This document shows positions 1 through 9,767 of a stretch of 50,657 nt of DNA, piece by piece. Below the pieces are notes generated by a model. The model was not told the DNA's origin, did not search any database, and saw only the letters and a list, made by a program, of their open reading frames with translations. Each line of letters opens with the position of its first letter. Within the stretch, counting starts at the first letter, position 1. A program made the translations under genes and the position numbers. This DNA comes from a bacterium (GTDB lineage Bacteria; Patescibacteriota; Minisyncoccia; Minisyncoccales; RBG-13-42-11), in contig JBDRGQ010000020.1 in NCBI GenBank assembly GCA_043817685.1, positions 1 to 50,657 of the forward strand. Direction: 5' to 3'.

Positions 1-575
1 ATAACGTCCTCAATATATATAAAATTATAAATAGAATTTTTATTAACGTATAATTTTATATCATTATTTAAAAATCCTTGGATAACATCAAAAATGGGGC
101 TTTTGTACATTCCAGGTCCATAAATTCCAGTTATTCTAAAAATTACGTAATTAATTCCAAATAAATTAGCATACATTTTTATATATTCTTCTCCTATTAA
201 TTTTTCGAAACCATAAGGATAAATACCATTGTTTCCTACTAAATCGGTTTCTTTGGTTTTTTTTAAATCTTTATAAATCAAAACTGATGAAGTAAATATT
301 ATTTTTTTAACTTTTGCTTCTCTAGCTGCTTCTAATAAATTTACCGTACCAATAACATTAGATTTAAAACTTTCAAAAGGGTTAGTTTTGGATAAATAAG
401 GTTTATTAAGGGCGGCTAAATGATAAATTACATCTATTCCTTTAGGAAGTTTAATCTTTTTTCTTAAATCTAAATTATCAATATCGTATTTAATCAACTT
501 GTGTTTTCTTTTTTTCAAGGAATAACATAATTTTCCCCCTAAAAAGCCCCTTGCTCCAGTAATAGCTATTTTCAT
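1..575 (-). CDS. NAD-dependent epimerase/dehydratase (partial, runs off left edge)
   Basis: Read by hand: ATG at 575, MKIAITGARGFLGG Rossmann motif, HLAA, YGFEK (YxxxK). No stop before the window edge. Confidence 0.85.
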   Translation of the reverse strand, partial: MKIAITGARGFLGGKLCYSLKKRKHKLIKYDIDNLDLRKKIKLPKGIDVIYHLAALNKPYLSKTNPFESFKSNVIGTVNLLEAAREAKVKKIIFTSSVLIYKDLKKTKETDLVGNNGIYPYGFEKLIGEEYIKMYANLFGINYVIFRITGIYGPGMYKSPIFDVIQGFLNNDIKLYVNKNSIYNFIYIEDV

Positions 576-614
576 ATTTTAATTAAAATTAAAAAATCCT
601 TTATTCGACTTTAA

Positions 615-1799
615 TTAAATGTATTTCTCAAGAAACGTATCAAATGTCTTAAAAACATAATTAAGATGTTTTGGGGTAAGCGCCTGATGGCAACCGATAA
701 CGAAAGCATTTCTCATAAGATAGTCGGAATTTTTAAATCTTCCTGGATTTTTTTGTCGGAAAGCCGGCTGCCGAGATATATTTCCCCCAAAAATCGGCCG
801 AGTCTGGATACCTTTTTCTTCAAGAAAAAGAACTATGTCATTACGACGAAATGGGCAACCCGGGGCAAGAATCACCGGATAGGCCAGCCAATTAGTATAC
901 GCCTGAGAATATTGATGAGGCATTAAAAACCAAGGTTTTTCTTTGAAATACTCGTATAGTGCTTTAAAGTTATGAATTCGGCGTTTAGTAAACCCTTTGA
1001 GCTTCCCTAGTTGAGCAAGGCCAAATGCGCCCTCAATTTCTATTGGTTGAAAATTAAATCCCTTTTCTAAAAAAACAAATTTTGAATCGTAGGGTATGTC
1101 GTCGATTTTAATATTAAATCTGCTTTCTAAATTCTCTGATTCTTTATGAAGTGCTGACGAACGTCCCCAACCCCGCAACACTAAAAGCCTGCGGTAAATT
1201 TCCTTACTGTCCGTCATCACCATACCACCGCCTCCGGCTGCTGTAATAATGTGGGAAGCGTAGAAGGAAGTAGTAACCATATCAGTATACTTTCCAATCG
1301 GTTTTTCTCTCCAGGCCGCACCAATAGTATCACAGGAATCAAGAATCAATGTTGTATTATACTTTTTGCTCAATCGTCGTAATTTATCTAAATGAGGTAA
1401 ATTCCCCATGAGTGCGGGAATGAGTAGAATACGCTTCTTACTAGATTTCTTTTTGAGTATATTTTCAACTGCATCTATATTGATTTGTAGTGTATCTTGA
1501 TCAATATCAACGAGTCGAGTTTTCATTCTAGCCTGCCAGATTGGAAACACTACCCCACCCAGCGTCAAAGCTTGTGTCACGACCTCAGTACCGACATCAC
1601 CGCTCACATAAAGCGCCAAAAAGTTTGCCGAAGATCCGGAGTTAACCATGACACCGTATTTTTTCCCGAAAATTTTAGCCACTTTTTGTTCATACTCTCG
1701 GACATATTTTCCGGGAGCTATCCAATTTGTTTTTAATACTTTTTTTACTGCGTTTCTTTCTTCGTCGCCGAATGTTGCGTATGTGTAAGGTATTTTCAT
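615..1799 (-). CDS. DegT/DnrJ family PMP-dependent enzyme, His-type NDP-4-keto-6-deoxysugar 3-dehydratase-like (RfbH/ColD-like)
   Basis: VNSGSSAN, DSCDTIGA and SFYASHIIT (His at the usual catalytic Lys position); C-terminal GIQTRPIFGGNI. Confidence 0.8.
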   Translation of the reverse strand: MKIPYTYATFGDEERNAVKKVLKTNWIAPGKYVREYEQKVAKIFGKKYGVMVNSGSSANFLALYVSGDVGTEVVTQALTLGGVVFPIWQARMKTRLVDIDQDTLQINIDAVENILKKKSSKKRILLIPALMGNLPHLDKLRRLSKKYNTTLILDSCDTIGAAWREKPIGKYTDMVTTSFYASHIITAAGGGGMVMTDSKEIYRRLLVLRGWGRSSALHKESENLESRFNIKIDDIPYDSKFVFLEKGFNFQPIEIEGAFGLAQLGKLKGFTKRRIHNFKALYEYFKEKPWFLMPHQYSQAYTNWLAYPVILAPGCPFRRNDIVLFLEEKGIQTRPIFGGNISRQPAFRQKNPGRFKNSDYLMRNAFVIGCHQALTPKHLNYVFKTFDTFLEKYI

Positions 1800-2683
1800 A
1801 AAAAAGATTTAATTGTTATTTTTATTCCTTTTTTCAGAGAGACCTTTGGTTGATAATTTAATTTTTTTTCCGCTTTTTTAATATCTTCCCAAATAATCTG
1901 AATGGAATCATTACGATGAGGTTTACATATAACCTCTGTTTTCCTTCGGAGAATTTTTTCTATCGTCCCTGCCAATTCATTAACGGTAGTTAACTCGTTA
2001 TTAGAGATATTAAAAATCTCACTTTTTTTGAAATTACATTTTCTCAGTACTTGTAGAATACTCTCTATAACATCTGAAACAAAAATGAAATTTCTGGCTT
2101 GCTCACCATCACCATAAATTGTGATTTTATTCTCTTTTTTTATAGAATTTAAAAAATTATACACCACACCCTTATTATTTTCCGGCCCGTAAATGTCAGA
2201 AAATCTTAAAATAACATATTTTATGCCAAAATTATCATCATAATATTTCAGCAAATCTTCGCCAATTTTTTTTGTTAAGGCGTAAAAACCCTTGGGATGC
2301 AATTCATCTGTTTCTTTTGATGGCCGATTTTTAGAAGGTCCGTAAACAGTCCCAGAAGAGGCATAAATAATTTTTTTAACCTTATTTTGAGAGCATGCTT
2401 CTAACAGATTAGCGGTGGCTATCACATTAGACCTTACCAGACTTCCAAAGGGCGGAAAAAAAGTCCCGACTAAATGAATTACTAAATCTGCATCCCTTAC
2501 AAGATCATTTAGAGTTTCTTTTTTTAATAAGTCTCCCTTAACTATTTTCAGTGAGGACATTTCTCTTTTAAGGAATTCAGCGTTATCTTGTGCCAAAATT
2601 CTTAAATCGAATTTTTCTGTGGTCAATTTTCTCACTAAATGTCTCCCGATAAATCCTGTTGCACCGGTAATAGCAATTTTCAT
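1796..2683 (-). CDS. NAD-dependent epimerase/dehydratase/reductase (extended SDR)
   Basis: TGATGFIG, YALTK, IYGDGEQARNFIFV. Confidence 0.9.
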   Translation of the reverse strand: MKIAITGATGFIGRHLVRKLTTEKFDLRILAQDNAEFLKREMSSLKIVKGDLLKKETLNDLVRDADLVIHLVGTFFPPFGSLVRSNVIATANLLEACSQNKVKKIIYASSGTVYGPSKNRPSKETDELHPKGFYALTKKIGEDLLKYYDDNFGIKYVILRFSDIYGPENNKGVVYNFLNSIKKENKITIYGDGEQARNFIFVSDVIESILQVLRKCNFKKSEIFNISNNELTTVNELAGTIEKILRRKTEVICKPHRNDSIQIIWEDIKKAEKKLNYQPKVSLKKGIKITIKSFL

Positions 2684-3765
2684 ATTTTTATAAGTTTATT
2701 GTATTTAGTATTCCCTTTTAAAAATACTTCTTGCCAGTGTCTATACATATGAACTCCGAAATTTATTTTTACTTTAGGGATCTTCTCGTCTAAACATGAT
2801 TTTACAGCAAAATAAGGAAGATTAACTCTGGCTCCGTAAGAAATTATTGTTGTTCCTTGCAGACGGGGATTAATTTCTAATATTTTAGGAGTCCCTTTTT
2901 TATCGTAACGAGCCTGAATTCCTACGCAATAATTCATTTCTAGTTTAGAAATTAATCTTTTACTTAAAGAGATAATTTCTTCATTTTTTTCAACTAAACC
3001 CTCAATTGTAATTCCTTGTTCCATTTTTAATCTCAAACGAGGAATAATATATTTAATTTCTCCCTTATCTACAAAGATATCAACTGTATATTCTTTACCT
3101 GATAAATATTCCATAACTAAAAGTTCAGGGAAGGGAAACTGTTTTTCTAAAATATTCTTTAATTCCTTAAAAGAGATATATATACCTTGTGGTTTTTCAT
3201 CTAAAAGGAGATGGTAAAAATTTTTCTTTGAATCTAAAATTCTGAATCCTCTGCTGCCATAAGAATTAACTGGTTTGAAGCAAACCGCCTCTTTTGGATA
3301 ATTCAGAGAATCTAATGTCTTCAAAAAATCTGCCCAGTTTTTGACCTTGAAATATTTTGGAGAAGGCAGATTGTTATCTTGAAGAAATTTGAACAAATTT
3401 GCTTTATTGGTTACGATTTTCAAGGATTGGGGATTTGAAACGGCTACTTTAACATTATTCTTTTTAAACAATTCAATATTCTTGGCTAAAGGTAAAAGTT
3501 CCGAATCAACGGTTGGTAAAATAATATCAATATGTTCTTTTTGGGCTATTTTTAACAAATGTGGGATGAATTTAGGATCACTACCCATTTCTACCTGGAA
3601 ATGTTTTTCCGCATAATAACTTCCGGCTGTATGTTCAGAAACATCACAACCATAAACTTTTAGCTCTCTTTCTCCGTTGTTCTTCAGGCATTTATACATG
3701 GAAACCCATCCTGGGCCTCCGCTTGCGGTTAAAAGAACTTTAATTGGTCTTTTTAATAATTTCAT
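2680..3765 (-). CDS. ATP-grasp domain ligase (carbamoyl-phosphate synthase-like)
   Basis: FKPVNSYGSRG, MEYLSGKEYTVD, LEINPRLQG. Confidence 0.85.
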   Translation of the reverse strand: MKLLKRPIKVLLTASGGPGWVSMYKCLKNNGERELKVYGCDVSEHTAGSYYAEKHFQVEMGSDPKFIPHLLKIAQKEHIDIILPTVDSELLPLAKNIELFKKNNVKVAVSNPQSLKIVTNKANLFKFLQDNNLPSPKYFKVKNWADFLKTLDSLNYPKEAVCFKPVNSYGSRGFRILDSKKNFYHLLLDEKPQGIYISFKELKNILEKQFPFPELLVMEYLSGKEYTVDIFVDKGEIKYIIPRLRLKMEQGITIEGLVEKNEEIISLSKRLISKLEMNYCVGIQARYDKKGTPKILEINPRLQGTTIISYGARVNLPYFAVKSCLDEKIPKVKINFGVHMYRHWQEVFLKGNTKYNKLIKI

Positions 3766-3768
3766 ATT

Positions 3769-4413
3769 CTATTTAATAATATATTTAACAACTTCAAACG
3801 ATTCAGCATATTTTGCGTTAATCTGCATTCCCCGCGCCCTTGCCAATCCGTAAATGAATTCCTTGTCAAAAAACGGTTTCTTGAAATGATACTGCGTTTT
3901 GTAACATTCCAAGGCCTGATATTTTTTCTTCATATCTTCTTCGGATAATTCAACAAAGAAAGAGGGTAAAAATCTCATATTATTCCAAGGCTCTTCATGA
4001 GAAATAATGGAAGTTGACCTCCTAAAAAGTGTGGCCGCTTGCTCAGCAACTGTGCTGTGGTCCTGATGAGTATCATTCAAAGAAGGGATAATGACCAAAT
4101 CAGGATTAATTAAATTTTTGAGCTTTTCTAATTTTTCATAAATCCATCTGGATTCATTGTAAAAATATTTGCATTTAAGATTAAAAATGAAGCAATTCTT
4201 AGGTTTTATTCCGAGGGTTTTTGTAGCTTTTCTGCATTCCTCTTCTATAGTTTTTGGCGGGAAATTCCCGACAAGCGTGTCTCGACAGCTTGAAAAAGTG
4301 ACATAATATATTGTCTTGTTTTGTTCAGCAAGTTTTGCTATTGTCCCTCCGCAAGCCAATTCAGCATCGTCGGTATGAGGAGATATAACTAATATTGTGT
4401 TTATGTTTTTCAT
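3769..4413 (-). CDS. PIG-L/LmbE family de-N-acetylase
   Basis: SPHTDDAELACGG and THQDH motifs. Confidence 0.9.
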   Translation of the reverse strand: MKNINTILVISPHTDDAELACGGTIAKLAEQNKTIYYVTFSSCRDTLVGNFPPKTIEEECRKATKTLGIKPKNCFIFNLKCKYFYNESRWIYEKLEKLKNLINPDLVIIPSLNDTHQDHSTVAEQAATLFRRSTSIISHEEPWNNMRFLPSFFVELSEEDMKKKYQALECYKTQYHFKKPFFDKEFIYGLARARGMQINAKYAESFEVVKYIIK

Positions 4414-4417
4414 AATT

Positions 4418-5941
4418 TTAGATTAATCTTTTAGAATACTTATTTTTAGTAGTTTTTTTAATTAAATCTTCGAAATCATTAAAAATCATCTTGTCTGAAT
4501 TCTTTTTATACCAGTTTACGGCGTTTTCAGCAATGTATTTATACTTCTCATAATTGTCCAGATAATAAACTAATTTCTCGTTGTTCCCTTCAACTTCAGA
4601 TAGGGGGATATAATGTTCAAAGGGTTTAACCCCTAAAAGCCTTAGGTCTTGTACTTCGGGAAAAATTGGGATAGCTCCGGAGCCTAATGTTTCATAATGT
4701 TTCATAACTAAATTAGAAATTTGGCATCTCCCGAATATCACATACTTTGCCGTTCCTAAATACTCTGACCATTTGTTCAAATAACGGACAGAAGATTTGG
4801 TCTTTGGGTCTGAATAATAAACAGGCCCCTTCCAAACAGTGAAGAATACGCCAATCTGATGAGAAAATTCAATTTTATAACGATCGCTCAATTTAGAAAT
4901 CTGTTTAGATAAAATGGCCCTCGGTTCATTCACCAAACTTTCGATATTTCCGATAGCCAACAAATCAAGTTTTTTCTCATTCAGGTTCGGTCTGGCAAAA
5001 AAGAGCGAATCAAAAAAGGGATAAAAGACTATTTCCGTCTGCGGAGACAATTTAAAATATTCTTTCCATTGAATCGGGCAAGGGGCTAATAAAATGTCCG
5101 GTTTCAACCAATCTATCATCCATTGAATGGCGCCTCTATGATTTGACGGCCCAAAATCGTGGCCATAGACAATCAAGGGAACAGGTGGACGAGGGAATTT
5201 TCGGGCATATCCGTCGAGAAATAAAAAAACGAAGTCATAATTTCCCCAATTTATTTCGATTGGATAACTAACAACATCCACCTGACAAGTATAAGCTAAT
5301 CTTCGGCGTAAAACATGCATTAATGAATTGGAAGCTGGATTTTGAAAATGAGAATAAAGATTTCCTCCTACAACATATTTATTTTCGGCTCCGATAAATA
5401 AACATCTAGGCGCTGGTAAATTTGAATCACATCCAATGGAAAAATCAAAGTTTTGATGAAAATTGGTCCACAATTCATCTCCTTGTTTTTTACACATATC
5501 CTCGCATTCTCTTACTTGAGAACAGTTATGAGGAATAAATAAATTCTTTTGACGAACACGGGACAACCATTCTGATTTTTGGCAAACAGGACAAGTAAAT
5601 TTTGGGTTTGGACCTCCATAAGTAAAAATGTCTTTTCGGCTGATTTTTTCTCCATTCAAATCAAAATCTCCAGGAATATTAGAATACCAAAATTTACGAA
5701 CTTCTTTAATTAATTCGCTCTTTGGCAATTTTATCATTCCGGAATCAACTTGAAAAAGGGGCAATTTTTGTTTTAAATTTGGCAAGGTACTATAGCAAAA
5801 TTCTATTAACATTTGGTTTCTGTTTATTAATCGGTATAGAGGCCGAAGTAAAAAATTAACTATTCTTCCGAAAGCAAATTTTAATCCTGCTTCTTTTAAA
5901 TCTTTTTTTAATAACTCTATTTTATGAACAAATAATTTCAT
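4418..5941 (-). CDS. Putative glycosyltransferase (CgeB/GT1-like C-terminus) with Cys-rich N-terminal region
   Basis: KHYETLGSGA ... FEHYI ... YIAENA resembles CgeB-type C-termini; glycan operon context. Confidence 0.5.
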   Translation of the reverse strand: MKLFVHKIELLKKDLKEAGLKFAFGRIVNFLLRPLYRLINRNQMLIEFCYSTLPNLKQKLPLFQVDSGMIKLPKSELIKEVRKFWYSNIPGDFDLNGEKISRKDIFTYGGPNPKFTCPVCQKSEWLSRVRQKNLFIPHNCSQVRECEDMCKKQGDELWTNFHQNFDFSIGCDSNLPAPRCLFIGAENKYVVGGNLYSHFQNPASNSLMHVLRRRLAYTCQVDVVSYPIEINWGNYDFVFLFLDGYARKFPRPPVPLIVYGHDFGPSNHRGAIQWMIDWLKPDILLAPCPIQWKEYFKLSPQTEIVFYPFFDSLFFARPNLNEKKLDLLAIGNIESLVNEPRAILSKQISKLSDRYKIEFSHQIGVFFTVWKGPVYYSDPKTKSSVRYLNKWSEYLGTAKYVIFGRCQISNLVMKHYETLGSGAIPIFPEVQDLRLLGVKPFEHYIPLSEVEGNNEKLVYYLDNYEKYKYIAENAVNWYKKNSDKMIFNDFEDLIKKTTKNKYSKRLI

Positions 5942-5948
5942 AGATTTT

Positions 5949-6899
5949 TCATTTATCCAAAGATTTTTTACATTGAAATTTTAAAAAACATTGTGTCCTT
6001 CTTATTATTATCATCACTAATTTCCCGGGAAATAATAGTACCTTTAATAAAAGGCCGAAACGCGGATATTCTATTGGAAGAGTTTCGTAATATCGATAAA
6101 AACGGTATATGGTAAAAGGTGCTTTTTTAAGACCAGAGGAAGTAAAAATCCAATTGGCATCTCGAATAATAAATGGGCAGTAAAATTTTTCGATTCGCCG
6201 TATTTTTTTATACACTTCAATTTTTTCTTGAAAGTCATTAAGCTTTCTTGAAAAATGATTTTGATGAACAATAGTAACAACTGGAGTAACGTCAATTAAT
6301 GGTATTCCTAAAAGCCTGGTTCGATATAACACCCAACTATCCACTCCATCCCGCCCGATAGCAAGCGGCAGAAGTTCATCATCCGTTCTGTCCTGCATAA
6401 TCTTGCCCCAGGTATCAGAAGAAAATACAAAATAGTCAGCCCCGTCAGGATGATGTAATTTCCCCTCTTTTTTAACCTTGAGACGTAGTTTGTTTTCCCA
6501 ATCGTCATTAAATTCTAATCTTTCTTTTAAGTCTAAATCTGAACGCTGACCAACCATTAAAAAATTTGGCTCTTTAATATTACTAACCCTCTCAACCGTT
6601 CTCATGAAATCTTCCATTAAAATAATGTCGGAATTAACGTAAGCTAAAATTTTATTCTTAGCTATCTTTTGGGCTTTTTCAAAAACGTCGTTAATCAAAG
6701 GAGTACCAGCTTTAGTTGTTCTAACTTCCGGGATGTGTAAAATTCCGAATTCTGCTGCTGTTTCTGCTATTCCTTCATCATCACCAAATAAAATAACCTC
6801 ACATTTAGGAGACAACAAAGTCCAGCTTTTAATCGCATTTCTCTGAATATCCTTTATTTCGCCATGAAAAGGTTTAGGAATGGCAAAAATAGTTAACAT
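5949..6899 (-). CDS. Putative GT-A fold glycosyltransferase
   Basis: IQRNAIKSW, YVNSDIIL (NxD metal motif), VHQNH; operon context. Confidence 0.55.
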   Translation of the reverse strand: MLTIFAIPKPFHGEIKDIQRNAIKSWTLLSPKCEVILFGDDEGIAETAAEFGILHIPEVRTTKAGTPLINDVFEKAQKIAKNKILAYVNSDIILMEDFMRTVERVSNIKEPNFLMVGQRSDLDLKERLEFNDDWENKLRLKVKKEGKLHHPDGADYFVFSSDTWGKIMQDRTDDELLPLAIGRDGVDSWVLYRTRLLGIPLIDVTPVVTIVHQNHFSRKLNDFQEKIEVYKKIRRIEKFYCPFIIRDANWIFTSSGLKKAPFTIYRFYRYYETLPIEYPRFGLLLKVLLFPGKLVMIIIRRTQCFLKFQCKKSLDK

Positions 6900-8200
6900 A
6901 TTTCTTTTACTGCTTCTAATAAATTTTTAAATAATGAAGATTTTTGCTTGGTTTGATATCGACCGTCTCTACAGCTGTAGCCAGTCTTTATCCCTAAAAA
7001 TTTAATCCGAGCATTTTCGGCTGTCTTAGCGTCAAAAGATGAATCCCCGATTAAGACACTTTTGCTTAAATCTAAATTGAAATCCTCTGCCGCCCTCTTG
7101 ATCAAACCTATACCAGGCTTTCGGCAATCACATTTTATCTTTAGCTCCGGCACTTCCCCAGAAAATCCCTTTTCCGGATGATGAGGACAATAATAGATGG
7201 CGTCTATTTTGGCTCCCTTTAACCCTATTTCTGTTTCCAATTTTTTATGCATTTCGGTCAATTCTTCCTCTTTCATGAAACCTTTAGCGATCGCGGGTTG
7301 GTTGGTTACTATAATAGTTAAATAATCTGAACCATTGATCTTTTTGATGGCTTTGGCGGAAAAGTTATATAATTTGAAATCTTTTATTTTTGAAAGATCA
7401 TCAACTTGCCTATTAATGACTCCGTCTCTGTCAAGAAAAACAGCTTTTCTTTTATTTTTAAGATTTAGTTTTTTGATTTTGCCAGAATTATAATCTTGTC
7501 TTACTTCTTTCAGTCTTTTCGGCGTTCCCATGTCTTTTATGTATTCTGGAGTATTGTAAGCAAAAAGTTTTCCTTTTGATTTTAAAACCAATGGGAATAT
7601 GTCTTTTTCGATATCGCATTTTTTTCTTTTGGTAATATATTTAAAAATATCTGAAGAAAAGATGTATCCTGAAGCAATGCTCAAATTACGAAAATTACTG
7701 CCCTGAGGATGAGGTCTTTTTAAAAAAGAGCTAATCCTTCCCTCTTTATCAATTTCAACTAAGTCGCTATCTTTGGGATGATCATTTGGATGAACTATAA
7801 TCGTGCCAACCTTTTTTCCTTTTTTCTTATTCCAAACAATAAGTCTTTTAATATCCATATCCAACATTACATCACCAGATAGAACCAAAAAATCATCTTT
7901 TTCCCTTTTCATCTCTTTTTCTAGATTCTTTAAAGCTCCTGCTGTTCCTAAGGGACTCTTTTCCTGAAGATATTTTATACTGACATTCCATTTTTTACCG
8001 TCTTTAAAATATTCTTTTATTTGTTCGCCCAAATAACCTAAAAGTATCCAGATTTCTCTGATTCCATATTGCCTTAAAAGCTCTATCTGATGTTCTAATA
8101 CTGGTTTTCTTCCTATCTTGATTAAACCCTTTGGAGTATCCTTTGATAAATTCCCCAAACGGGTAGCTTTTCCGCCGGCTATTATAATTGCTGTTTTCAT
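6893..8200 (-). CDS. Fused sugar-1-phosphate nucleotidyltransferase (HddC-like) and heptose-1,7-bisphosphate phosphatase (GmhB-like)
   Basis: N-terminal AGGKATRL...PK and DMGTP; C-terminal FLDRDGVIN, VTNQ, CPHHP, CDCRKP, IGD. Confidence 0.9.
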   Translation of the reverse strand: MKTAIIIAGGKATRLGNLSKDTPKGLIKIGRKPVLEHQIELLRQYGIREIWILLGYLGEQIKEYFKDGKKWNVSIKYLQEKSPLGTAGALKNLEKEMKREKDDFLVLSGDVMLDMDIKRLIVWNKKKGKKVGTIIVHPNDHPKDSDLVEIDKEGRISSFLKRPHPQGSNFRNLSIASGYIFSSDIFKYITKRKKCDIEKDIFPLVLKSKGKLFAYNTPEYIKDMGTPKRLKEVRQDYNSGKIKKLNLKNKRKAVFLDRDGVINRQVDDLSKIKDFKLYNFSAKAIKKINGSDYLTIIVTNQPAIAKGFMKEEELTEMHKKLETEIGLKGAKIDAIYYCPHHPEKGFSGEVPELKIKCDCRKPGIGLIKRAAEDFNLDLSKSVLIGDSSFDAKTAENARIKFLGIKTGYSCRDGRYQTKQKSSLFKNLLEAVKEIC

Positions 8201-8802
8201 GCTGTTTTTATATTCTTTTTTCCACCAAAAATATTTTCCTCTACTATCTCACAAATGATATGACCGATTAAAACATGGGACTCCTGAATCCTAGGAGTGT
8301 CAATCGAAGGTACTTTAATTAGATATTTGCAGATATCTGCCATTTTGCCGCCGGTTTTTCCCGTTAAGCCGACTGTTATCATTTTTTTACTATTGGCAAC
8401 TTCAATCGCCTTTATGACATTTAAAGAGTTCCCTGAAGTTGAGATGGCAACCAGAACATCTCCTGGTTTTCCGTTGGCCATCACTAATCTAGAAAACACC
8501 TCTTCATATGACAGATCGTTAGCCACGGCCGTTATAAACGAGGTATTTATATTTAAGGGTTCCGCATATAAAGGATCTCTATCTAAGTAAAATTTACCAG
8601 AAAGTTCACCTGCTAAATGCTGGGCGTCCGCAGCTGACCCACCATTGCCGCAAAAAAGAACTTTTTTTCCTCCCCTTAACGATGCTGTCATGACTTTAGC
8701 AACTTTATCAATTAAACATATGGTATCTCCATTCCTCAAAATATTCCTTTTTGTGTCTATGGTATTTTTTATTGCCCGGATGATTAATGAGTTTTTTTCC
8801 AT
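8197..8802 (-). CDS. gmhA: Sedoheptulose-7-phosphate isomerase
   Basis: CGNGGSAADAQH, ISTSGNS, TPRIQESH. Confidence 0.95.
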   Translation of the reverse strand: MEKNSLIIRAIKNTIDTKRNILRNGDTICLIDKVAKVMTASLRGGKKVLFCGNGGSAADAQHLAGELSGKFYLDRDPLYAEPLNINTSFITAVANDLSYEEVFSRLVMANGKPGDVLVAISTSGNSLNVIKAIEVANSKKMITVGLTGKTGGKMADICKYLIKVPSIDTPRIQESHVLIGHIICEIVEENIFGGKKNIKTA

Positions 8803-8813
8803 TTTTGAATCAG

Positions 8814-9767
8814 TTATTTTAGATCTAAGACTGTTTTAATCAGACTTTCTTTGTCTAAACCATACAAAGACTGGATATTTCTTCTGCCACCGTATTTGTA
8901 ACAATAACCTTTCCGACAATCCAAGCCGATTCGTTTGACAGGAATTAACTTATTATTATCCATCAAAACCTCGGTCACTGCTCCTCCCATTCCTCCAGGA
9001 AGCGTATGCTCCTCAAGAGTTACTATCCTTTTTGCATTACTAATCTTTTCCAAGAATAGCTTTTCATTAATAGGAAAAGTATACAGGTCCATAACTCCAA
9101 TATTAATAGACTGTTTCTCAAGTTCATTCGCCACTTCAAGGGCCCGATGAACCATATTCCCAGTAGCTACAATATAGATATCTTTGCTCTCTTTCAAAAC
9201 TGTCAGGCCCGCAGAAAAGTCAGTTCCTTCTTTATAAATATCTGGTAACACTTCCCTATCTAAACGAATGTAATTGGGGCTGGTCATTTTACAAGATATA
9301 TCGGCAAAAGCGGCAGCCATTACACTGTCTGTTATATTGTTAACTGTCATATTGGGAAGAATCCTCATAATCGAAAGATCCTCAATAGTATGATGGGTGG
9401 GTCCGGAATCGTCATAGCTGAAACCTGCTCCTACTCCGACCAGAGTTACCGGAATATTCATCGCGGCCAACTCAACTTTTATTTGCTCATAACAACGCAA
9501 GGTAATAAACGGAGCAATGGCATAAGCAAAAGCTTTTTTGCCACCCAAAGTCAACCCGGAAGCTGTCAATAATGCACTTTGTTCAGCAATCCCAGCGCTG
9601 ACAAATTGGCCGCTTAAGTCTTTCCTGAATTTATCAAGAGCCGGAGCTCCCATATCTGCTGAAACGATAACAATGTCGCTATTGTTTCTGGCAATTTCGT
9701 ATAGCCTGTTCCAGAATGCATCCCGCATTGAAATATTTTTTAAGTTATTTTCCATAATATTATTCAT
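8814..9767 (-). CDS. Transketolase-like, C-terminal subunit
   Basis: GIAEQ, GPTHHTIEDL, LEEHTLPGGMG. Confidence 0.9.
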   Translation of the reverse strand: MNNIMENNLKNISMRDAFWNRLYEIARNNSDIVIVSADMGAPALDKFRKDLSGQFVSAGIAEQSALLTASGLTLGGKKAFAYAIAPFITLRCYEQIKVELAAMNIPVTLVGVGAGFSYDDSGPTHHTIEDLSIMRILPNMTVNNITDSVMAAAFADISCKMTSPNYIRLDREVLPDIYKEGTDFSAGLTVLKESKDIYIVATGNMVHRALEVANELEKQSINIGVMDLYTFPINEKLFLEKISNAKRIVTLEEHTLPGGMGGAVTEVLMDNNKLIPVKRIGLDCRKGYCYKYGGRRNIQSLYGLDKESLIKTVLDLK

